Below, in pieces: positions 13,301-24,300 of a DNA stretch of 64,000 nucleotides (the first letter of the stretch is position 1; each line of letters begins with the position of its first letter). Source of the stretch: Mytilus californianus (lineage: Eukaryota); the NCBI RefSeq assembly GCF_021869535.1, contig NW_026262668.1, positions 118,544,001 to 118,608,000 on the forward strand, read 5' to 3'. Position numbers and translations under genes: made by a program. Under the pieces are notes generated by a model. It made no database searches. It saw nothing but the letters and a program-made list of their open reading frames with translations, and had not been told where the DNA came from.

Positions 13301-14014
13301 GAGCAATTTCAAGAAAGAGTAAAAATCAACAATTTTATCAAATATTATGGTCTGATTTCAAAAATCTCTAACACTATGAAAAATGCCTTAAAGAGAATGT
13401 TTAAAGCAAGATTTGGATAAGCCTGATAGTGGTGATACTTTCTGAAAGAGAATTATAGGTAATGTGAAAGCCAAATATGAAATGGGAAGAACTGTTGGTT
13501 ATTGATACAACAGAATGGTCAGAATATTTAATGATAACCAAAAAACCCTGTAGAGATGTTTATATAAGAACCTTTCAATACAATTTTTTGCATAGAATCA
13601 TAGCAACTAATACCTTTTTATACAAAATTAAATTAAAAGATACCAAGTTATGTACTTTTTGTAAACTTGGCGAAGAAACCATTGAACACCTTTTTTTGAA
13701 TGCCCAATAACTTTTCAATTGTGGCAGTCTTTTTCAAATATATTAAAACTTTTTTTTTGTTAACTTTGTTCTAAACAAAGAGAATGTGTTTCTTGGTTGC
13801 AAACTTGCAAGTTTATTACTGAATCTGTTAGTCATAATTACAAAGAATTATATATATATATAAATGTAAATTAAATGAAACAAAACCAAATATGATTGAG
13901 TTAAAGAATAGAATAGAGAAATGCCAATTTCTTGAATATCATATTGCAAAGAAAAATAATAAAGTCCAAGTGTGTGAACAATTTTGGTCTCCTTTACATG
14001 TAATATTTAATTAA
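10317..14014 (+). pseudogene. LINE ORF2 (APE endonuclease and reverse transcriptase), many frameshifts and stops, RT partly inverted
   Basis: KILSMNVRGL, FQET, CGDWN, YTW, SRLDYF, TDH; GKSPGSD; RGYRQGDTLSPYLF; YADD at 12418-12429; CTFC..EETIEHLF(FEC); final TAA at 14012-14014. Confidence 0.92.
11911..12213 (-). other. Inverted segment of the LINE RT (NWRPISLLNTD to VDFEKAFDSLEW..CKWFE)
   Basis: These RT motifs read on the - strand while both flanks read on +; breakpoints carry the inverted 4-mer aagt (11907-11910) / actt (12214-12217). Confidence 0.92.
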
Positions 14015-14162
14015 TTATTGTTTCATATTAGTGAAAATAAAATATTTATGTACTAAGAGCAAAATTATCCTTATCTTTGCAATATTTTGTTTTAAAAAGT
14101 AAGTCAAGATACATATTGTAGCAAAACAGATGAGTGAAGAGTATTTGTATTGTATGAGAGAT

Positions 14163-14198
<36 letters not shown>

Positions 14199-14374
14199 TA
14201 ATCAAATAAAATTTATGTGTAACCTTAAATACTATAATTTTGAAAATCTGTTTGTCAGTTATATATGTTGTATACTGAATTATTTTCTATATTTAACCCC
14301 CTGATACCCCTGTCAGATGTTAGTATAGGGGTATGTAAAATCCTGACTATTGAAAAACAAATAAAAGATAAAAA

Positions 14375-15140
14375 AAGGAAGTAAGGTTGTTCCTTTTGTT
14401 GTTCATGCGATTCATTAAGTTTTTTGCAGACAATATGTTGCACAGATAAGAAATAGAAGAATGCTTGATTATAACAACTGATTTATATTCATAGAAAGGA
14501 AGTATGAAAATAGCTTATACATGTAGCAATTCAACTTTATGTTTGGAGAAAAGCTACTGTACTTATCACATCAAATAAAGTCGAGTATGCGGTTAGAATT
14601 ATGCGTATCTTTATTCATCAAAATTACATTTCGCAGTATATCGTAACAACCGATTCTCGATTATAAATGTAGCAATTCAACTTTATGTTTGGAGAAAAGC
14701 TACAATAAATCTTTTCAGATATCATATCTGAGTAATTGCAGTCACTTTAAGATTCTTGATCCACTTTTGTAAAATAACGTATGTAAGTAGTAAAATAACA
14801 AAAATACCGAACTCAAAGGGAAATTCAAAACGGAAAATCCTTTATACAATGGCTAAATCAAAAGCTCACCCACATCAAAGGAATGGAAAACAATTGTCAT
14901 ACTCCTGACTTGGTACAGTATTTCCTTATGTAGAAAATGGTGGATTAAACCTGGTTTTATAGCTAGCTAAACCTCTCACTTGTATGACAGTCGCATATAA
15001 TACCATTATATTGACAACAATGTGTGAGAAAAACAACAGCATTCACCTATTATATTTTGAGGGGTATTCTGTTTATTTTTATAAAACAAACCTCTTTACT
15101 TGCAAAATATATATTTTGATGAAAATATAAATATACACAC
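14375..15140 (+). repeat. Right copy of long direct duplication flanking the LINE
   Basis: Begins directly after the LINE A-rich tail; carries a private insert at 14558-14666. Confidence 0.9.
15072..15077 (-). promoter_or_regulatory. Candidate polyadenylation signal AATAAA of the protease gene
   Basis: tttatt on the + strand, about 220 nt after the stop; an ATTAAA variant also lies at 15234-15239. Confidence 0.45.
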
Positions 15141-15295
15141 ATGACATGGATTTACTTATCTACATCTGCAAGTGCAGATAATAAATTATCAATGTTAAAT
15201 ACAAACTAATGTGATTATATTGGTCTATTATGTTTTAATAAGTCTTTGTTTTCGTATTAGATATATTTCAGTCTTTTGCCTTTCTGTAATCAAAT

Positions 15296-15324
15296 CTATT
15301 TCAGATCTGAGTCTGTATATGGAC
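15296..15324 (-). CDS. Terminal coding exon (C)PYTDSDLK-stop
   Basis: ctctctttcag|GT CCA TAT ACA GAC TCA GAT CTG AAA TAG; strong polypyrimidine acceptor and phase match; mirrors the T|GT junction after MAM2. Confidence 0.75.
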
Positions 15325-18300
15325 CTGAAAGAGAGATGATACTATTTATTTTACGAAATGGATTCCGCCTCCAGAAGAATACTTAATCATAACAACATAT
15401 TTATATTTGTATTAAGGAAGTATGAAAATAGCTAATGTATAGCAATTACATTTAATGTTTGGAGAAAGTTGCATAACATTGTACTTGTAGAAGTCATTTT
15501 GTCTTTTACCTAAACTTCTATTCCTATAATACTTGTACTTTTTTATCGATAACATTAACATTGTAGACTATTTTTGTGTAACAAATTATAAGCCTGGTAT
15601 CTTTGGTGAGTATTTTTTTTTAATTGATGATGTACAGTAACTAGATTTTAACTAAATGAATATTTCTTCTATATAAATATAGTTGGCTTGAAAATATGTA
15701 TTTTATTACGCCAATAAATCAAAGATAATGTTATCTGTAAAACAAATTTGTTCTGTTTTTTTATCAATTTAATATGGAATACAAAATGCAATGTGATCAT
15801 GTTCAAATATGTAGAAAGAGATATAAACCGTCAAAGGTTGTGCTCGAGGAGACAAATCATTTAAGGTTATTACAATTATTTGACAGTTAAAAGTAGAAAG
15901 CTTACATGTACATGCACCAGTGGACAACTGAATGTCATCAAGTGCTATGTCCCCTTTGTTTTTCTTTTTGGTTTGTCCTCCTTTGTTTGCTTCTATTTCA
16001 ATCTGAATACAGAAATGATGAAATATAATTACATTTTCTTGACGTTGTTTGGAAATAAAGAAACAAGCTTAAAAGGTCAAGTAATAATTAATAGTTTCTA
16101 ATAACTTTTTTTACTGAAACTAAGAATTTCCTCCTCACAATATAGTAAGTTTCGACGAAATAACCCAAACAAACTGATATAGGACACGGAGTACATAAAA
16201 ATTAAGAACATGGGTCATAGTAAATTTTCAATATGACATATGGCCATTAAAAGAGGGACGAAAGATACCAGAGGGACAGTCAAACTCATAGATCGAAAAC
16301 AAACTGATAGTGATATTACTTACATGTAGATTATGTTTGTTTGTTTTTGTTTTAAAAAAATGTTTTTGATCAGTGACAAAAATATCATTATCTTGCTTTA
16401 ACATGTTATGAAATCTTAATGATTTAGTTTACGATGAAACTGAAAGGAGTTATTCGAGTCAAAAAGTCCGACTGCTTTTTTTTGTGATAAAAAAAACCGC
16501 GCACTGGTAAATCAATGCGTTTTTCGCATCAACCTACAGTAATTCGTTATATACAATTTCAAATGATATGTTTCTTTCGATGCCAAATTACTCATTTTGC
16601 AAACCAAAAAGAAAGTAAGAACTTTATAACACCAATTGACACATATGCTTAATATATATGTACCGTGATGTCATTGGGATACGATAAATTCAAGCAGGCA
16701 TGGTTCCAACGATTTCCTTGATCTCCATCCTTTGTAAACACGATTTCCGATGATTCTGAACCATTTTCTTCTATATAAACTACAAGATTTCCTATATGAG
16801 CTCCGTACATATGGTAGTGAAACTGAAGGCAATATTCGGAGGCTGAAATAAATTAAGATGTTTAAATCTTGTTAACTTCTGCACCGATTTACTCTGAAAA
16901 TTTAAATTGACTTGCTATTTTATTGATTAATTTATACTTCAAATTTTATGATATATCTATATCGTATAATCTCATTTTAAGCATATAGTATTTGAGGAAA
17001 TATCAGTAGGAAAAGGAGAAAATGATAATAATTAGTGGCTTCATATTTTACATCGTATGTTCGGTAATATATTTTGAAGAGTGTGGACAATTAGAATATA
17101 CAAAATGTTGTTACTGGAAACGAGCAATACAATTGTCCGATACGTGAATAAAGTTATACAAAGGCACCTATATTTATTTCCAATTCACTTTTTTACCGCT
17201 GAATAAACGAGAAATACGACTTCCTTTAAGCTTTTCACATTCGTAAAATAAATCTTGCAAACATATTGATAAACATGATCAAAATGATTATAGGTAGTGA
17301 CTAAAGGATAATAGCGAAAAAATGCAATGCAAATACCTGCTAACACTGTCCCGTCTGTTGATAAAATTGCAGCTTCTCCCGTTTTTTTTCCATTTACTTC
17401 AATATAAGCATACTGATTGCCGGAATATGCAGAAGAGGGTCCAGTCTTTGGTGTCGGTGTTTGCTAATATACGAAAATATGTATTGTATTAGTATAAAAT
17501 CGCAGTTATATTGTGTTACAAACAATTACCGTTTACCATTCCAGCCTTTTCGAATTTTGCTCCTCTTTTTGAAAGTTTTTGATAATTTTTGCTTGTGTGT
17601 ATCTTAATGTATTTGTGGTTTTTGTTAATGTTTATTTGTGTGTACCTTAATGTTTTTGTGGTTTTTGCTATTGTTTATTTGTGTGTATCTTAATGTATTT
17701 GTGGTTTTTGCTAATGTTTATTTGTGTATATCTTAATGTATTTGTGGTTTTTGCTAATGTTTATTTGTGTGTATCATAATGTATTTGTGGTTTTTCCTAA
17801 TTTTCATATATGTGTATCTCAAAGGATACAATAGATACGGTTAAGTCTGCCTCATATCTTGACTTACATCTAGAAATTGACAATGATAGTTGAAACCTAA
17901 ACTTAACGACAAAAGAGATGATTTCAGCTTCCAAAGTGTGAACTTTCCATTTCTATGTAGCAACATTCCAGCAGTGCCTTCATACGGAGTTTATATTTCA
18001 CAGTTGATACGATATTCCATGGCTTGTATTACCTATCATAATTTCCTTGATAAAGGGTTGCTGCTCACAAGGAAGCTATTAAACTAAGAGTTTCAAGTGG
18101 TGAAGTTGAAATCATCCCTTCATAAATTTTACGGACGCCAACACGAGTTGGTTGACCGTTATGGAGTATCCGTTTCACAGATGACAACGGATATGTTCCA
18201 AATGCCGTAACGACAATCCCGTTCCCTTTTCCCCGAATGTGACCTACCGAATTACACTTATCGCCGTCTTGTATTAACAATGAACAACATGACGAGTTCC

Positions 18301-21300
18301 ACAAGTGGATCAGGATCTGCTTACCCTTCCGGAGCACCTGGGATCACCCCCAGTTTTTGGTGGGGTTCGTATTGCTCAGTCTTTGGTATTCTATGTTATG
18401 ATTTGTGTACTGTTGTTTGTCTGTTTGTCGTTTTCTTTTTAGGCATGACGTTGTCAGTTTATTTTCGACTTTTGAGTTTTAATGTCCATTTGGTATCCTT
18501 CGCCTCTTTTTATGTATTTGTGGGTTTTACTTTCTTCCTTGTTGACGATACATAAAAATAAGCATTACAATGCGAGTTGGTCAAATATAAAATCAGGAAA
18601 TACATATATTTGTAGTTTTTTTAAAGGCATAACCAAACATTCGTTCTGAATATTCATGAAAAAGTTGTCACTTGACGTGGAGCAACAGCAATCATTTAAT
18701 CGTGACCAAACACAAACACGTACATATTAACTTGACTTATATTGTTTATATACTTGCACACATTGTAATAATATTCAATGTGTACTTGAAAGAATCAAAC
18801 AACAGTACACAAAACATCAGAGTATTTTTCCCCAGCGACAATCAAGTTATGGAATAAACTACATTTAAATGTTAGAAAATGTGAATCTATTTTAAGATCG
18901 CTTAAGGATGAACTCGAGTTCATTAAATTCTTATCTATTTCTTCGGAATTTAGTAGACTCTCCAAACTGTCGTTGTGGTGACTTGGAAGCAAATTCTCAT
19001 TTCCTATTATCCTGTCCAATATATACCAATTTAAGGCAGGAACTTCTGGCTTCAATTTCAGATTTTCTAGTTCAATTTGACATTAATACCTTGCAATTGG
19101 TTCAACCGTACTCTTGGACGAGCAAAACAGCCTTTTATTTATTTTAGTACAGAAAATATATAATAAAAACCAAACGATTCAATCCTTGAGGCAAATGCTC
19201 GATCATTTATAAGACCTAAGCATTTCCTTCTGCACACAACACTATACTATTTACCACGTTTATTCGGTTTTTTTTAATGAAACTTCAATATCTTACATTC
19301 AGAACATGCCATACTTACATTATTATGACCATATAAGACATTTATTTATATACTAGGTGACAGATTAATTAATGCAATTTTTGGTTGTTTCTGAATCCTA
19401 TTTATTTCATGTATTAGAATTGTATACTATGTATTGATTTATTTGAATAAAATATTGTTTAAACTAAAGAAACACACTATCTAAATCGGTTAATGGGAAA
19501 AACCTTTATTACTGTACTAACCGATTGACCAAGTTTCCAATCAAAATCGTCATTGCCTTTGTTTCTAAATATGCAGGTTTCATCTGATGACTCAAATCCA
19601 CAAACAAATCGATCACCTGTCAACACATTTTTCAGATATATACTTTTTTTATTGCATGAGCAGCTACATCCAAAACCAAACACTGACGTTAACATTAATC
19701 TTACCTTACTTTAAAACTAGCAGCATGTTAGGAAAATCATAAATTATACGAATCAAATGAATAGTACAAACGACAGATAATTAAATTCTTAACAATTGTA
19801 TCATAAGGATAATAGAAATGTATTCCGTAAATTCGTTCTTAATATTTATGCGAATTTGACCTTTCCCAAATATGACGATGACACTGTCCATTGTGGAAGA
19901 TCATCCTTATATAGATGACTTTAGAAAGAATGTAATTTATAACAACAAAAAATCGCCTAAAATTTCTTATGTAATAGAATTAAGAAGGATTTCTTTACTT
20001 TGTGTTTTCCTTATAAAAAATTTAAAAGTACTCTGACGAAGTTTATAAACAAATGATTCATTGGGATAAACCCTTGACTTGCATCGTATTTATAAAAACT
20101 AATAGATCATCAACTGCTGCTCATTAAAAATATGTTTCTATAAGAATTTCAAACACAAAATGCAGTTCTGTCCTTGTTTAGATAAAGACTTATTCTTGAA
20201 GAAAATCACAAATGTTGATGAAAATGATCCGATGTAGAAATTAAACAGCGTATTTATTCTGCTGGCCGATTTGGTCGGATCATAAACGCAGCAGCAACAA
20301 TTCAAACCTACTTAAAACGAAAGAAAAATTTCCAATTAAATCATTAACTTCACTTTTACATTGACATGATGTTCTTTTTTCGAATTTTCATTTTTATTGT
20401 GGTCAATTATATTTCAAATTCCTTCAAATTAAGTATAAAACAAAGACATTACTATCTTGCAGGGATAGAACCTTTTCATCTTTATCAGCTGAATGCATTT
20501 TAGGAAAAAATCTCTTGTCCTCCATTTGCAGTGATATGGTCGCTTACTTTAGGACAATATTTGTTAAGATTATTTGTGGATTAGATGTTCTAAAAGATAT
20601 TGTTATTTTACGATGGTTCCTTGAATACTCCATAAGATGTTTTATCAAATAGTGGATTTAGAGAAAGAAAAGAAGAATAATTTTGACGGCGTTGTATATT
20701 CCTTCCTGTCTTAATTTTTATACTTCCATTCAAATTAATCAGACAAGTTAACATTCCCTGCATTTCTGTTTTTATATTATGTTATTGTTGAAAGATTGCT
20801 ATTAAAGTCTACTATTGAACTCTCCTGGAAGTGTAAGATAGACATTATATTTTATTATCTCATCTGATTTACTATATACACAAGCAAATTAATGTCTTTT
20901 CCTAAGGAACACTTATACAAATATGCTAAGAGACTGTCTTATTAGATTCTAATCATACTAATTTATATAAAAGCCGAAGAAACTTACAAGTACATGCTCC
21001 AGTCGATAAAAGAATTGCGTCAATTGCGATGTCACCTTTATTGCCCTTTTTGTCTGCCTCAATCTCAATCTATATGAATATATGTAAAAATATTTCATCG
21101 ATAAACAATTGTATCTCGATCAGACGAATCACCAGTTCTAAGGAAAACGCACCTTCAAAATTAGTTCAGACAAAGCCATTAACTTAATTATATCGAATAA
21201 ATAATGATAGAAACAAAAGAACAAACGGAATACTATATAACAATGATAACAAAATACAGTCCATTGCAGAATTGACTCTTCTTTTGCTATATATTATTTT

Positions 21301-24300
21301 TTCATTTTTTTGTTGTAAATATTCTTTAATATCTTAATTTATATTCATTCTTGTAATGTGTTCTGATTCTTATTCATACGATTTTACGATTTCAGTTGTT
21401 CATATATAATGCCCCTATATTCAAACGATTTTAATACAAGAAGGAAATAAAGTTGGTAAAATGATATCATGCTTGAAACTGTTAATGTTTTTAAGCTAGG
21501 GTGGAGTTGTTGAGACAAAGCTTACGTCGACTGAAAGAAAGACATCCCTGCCTCAAATGTTTTCATTGGTATGCATGATTCCATGAGATTATATAAATGG
21601 CTTACAATTAAGACAGTATACAAAGATGAAAAAAATAAACATATGTCCATACATATAGAAGAGCCGAATATTGAATAATGATTCATTATCAGCAGTCAGT
21701 TTGCTTCAATTTTGTCAAAATAAGCCCAAAATTCATTGATACTGGCAATTCAATAATTGGTTTTCAATTCGATCCATATGTATGCGACCTTTTATTTCAC
21801 CTCAGTTGAAGGTTTTGCATGTGCTCAACCAGTTCATTTAATATGTATGATACGAAAAGAAACGGAAAATCGTCATTTTACTTTACACGTGCTATTAATG
21901 AATAAGTCTTAATATTTATCTATTTATAATTATATCAGGGTCAATTGCCTATATCAACTACCCTCGGAGGTGTTGTCGATTGTTAATATAAGTGGCGTCA
22001 ACTCGCAAAATGTTAATACATTTTTACGCTTTTATCCATTGTTTATTGTCTCATACGAAACTTTTGCTATTCTAATATGTTTGTTTGTAGGTTATATATC
22101 GAATTTGAGAGATTGATTTAATTCGCTGAAAAGTTATTTGGCAACTGATGCCTTTAAATGGACACCTAATTATTGTTAGAGTTTTCGACCAATGAACTTC
22201 AATGGTATTAATATTAAGTAGATTTTCACTATATTTGCCATGCACTGAGATTGATAACAATACGGAAACAACTTCATAATTAGTGCAAATGATATTTAAC
22301 TGTCGATCTCGGCTTATTTCCAGCATTAAAAAAATATAAGAAAGGAAAACGGATGGCGTTAACCATTATATTGCATCTAATTACTCTGCAATTTCTAGAA
22401 GTAATAGAGTCTGTAGTTTATGTAAGTATGATATTGACGATGAGATACATTTCATTTTAAAATGTCTTTGTATTTATTTATTATAGGGTATGTATTTGTC
22501 TAATACCCTTATCCCCTTAATAAAATTAATATCAAATATACATACAACAAGATCGTTATGATATGGAATATTAATGGATGCGTACAACCAGCGATCTCCT
22601 TGATTTCCATCTGCTTTAAACACTTTGTCCCAACCTGATTTATATTCCTGCACCCACACTTTGAGTGACCCACTGCCAGCACCTCTCATATGATAGTGGA
22701 ACTGCAGACAATATTTCGAAGCTGAAAAAATTACATAAATGTAAAATGAATTATATCGTGTCTCTGTTAATGATTTTGTAGTTATTTAAATGTTGTATTC
22801 AACGTTAAGTAATATGCAATGACCCCTTTGGATTTATTGCCCCTTGAACGTTTGTACTAGGTTTTCAAATATGTTGGCACCATAAAAGAAACATGAATTG
22901 TCGAAATGCTTATCTAGTACTATAAAATTGTTACCGTTAATGTTAGTAAACAAATAAATAAAGAGCTTCAGGAAATACTAATGACATTGTTAAAATCAAC
23001 TTGATGAATATATTTGAAGTGTTTCTTTAACATATTTACATGCATGAAACGCAATAACCTTAACCAGCTGATAATATCAAAGAATTAAAGACTATCTCCT
23101 TTTATTCCTATGGTGTACACAATAGCATCGTGTGTAAACTAGAGGCTCTAAAGAGCCTGTGTCGCTCACCTGATTATTCAATAATGACATAAAAATGAGC
23201 ATTAAACTTTAAAGGGGAACAACTCTATTAAGCGTTAACAGACAATTTCAGTAATGTTGACCTTTTTGTAGATCTCATCCATGCTGATAATTTTTCCTTT
23301 TCAAAGTTTCTATTTATTTATTATAGTTTTCAAGATAATAGGCAAAAAATGCAAAAAAAATGTAAAAATTATCATTTGAGGGCAATAACTCTAAAACGAG
23401 TCTACTTCAGATTTCGGACATTTTGGCTCATTTGTAGATCTTGTCTTGCTGATCATTTGTGTTATTTTAGAAGGCAGGGGTCATCGGACACATTTTTCAA
23501 ACTAGATACACCAAAGATGATTGTGGCAAAGTTTGGTTAAATTTGTCCCAGTAGTTTCAGAGGAGGAGATTTTTTGTAAAAGTTTACAGACAAAACGGAC
23601 GACGGACGCCAAGTGATGAGAAAAGCTCACTTGGCCTTTTAGGCCGGGTGAGCTAAAAGTGCACTAACATTCAATGGCATTTATATGTATCAAAGAAAAC
23701 AATTCCACAGCAATAACACAATGTGGATTTAATAACGAATTTTAGTGCTGTCACTGAATTAGCAGTATAAAAAGAGGAATAACATTTACTTATGAAACGT
23801 GAATAATTCATTTATATTTCATCTTTTATGTAAATAACTATAAAATACCTTCTAGAACTGTGTTGAATGTTGATAAAATTGCGATCTTATTTTTCTTTTT
23901 CTTAGTAACCTCAATATATGCATACTGATCACCAGAATATGCATTTGCAGGACCAGTTCCTGATGTAGGTGTTCCTCCCTGTGTGAATAAATAAATTCAT
24001 TTGTTTACAAAACTGTTATTAAGCATAGTTCAAGTTTTTGTTGTACATGTACCCTTCTTTAACAAAGAAGAAAGTATAATAAGGTAAAGTTTTAACCCTT
24101 TGAACTAAAAAATCCAAATTTTTTATAATGATATCCAATAAAGTCACTCATATTTTAACAAGAATTAAGGCTGTCATATATAGTTAGGTTTAAAAATAAA
24201 AATCTTAAATATTTAAAGGGGTACACGTATTAGCTACATATTAGACAAAAAAATAAATGATTTTTGTTTGTTTCAAATATCTATAAAAGTGGAATCGTTA

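Larger units (their letters stand above)
9068..14376 (+). mobile_element. Near full-length decayed non-LTR retrotransposon, L1/Tx1-like
   Basis: 5' UTR, ORF1, ORF2 (APE endonuclease, RT, C-terminal CxxC..H..C), 3' UTR with (GA)n, stem-loop and A-rich tail aaaacaaataaaagataaaaaa. Confidence 0.92.
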
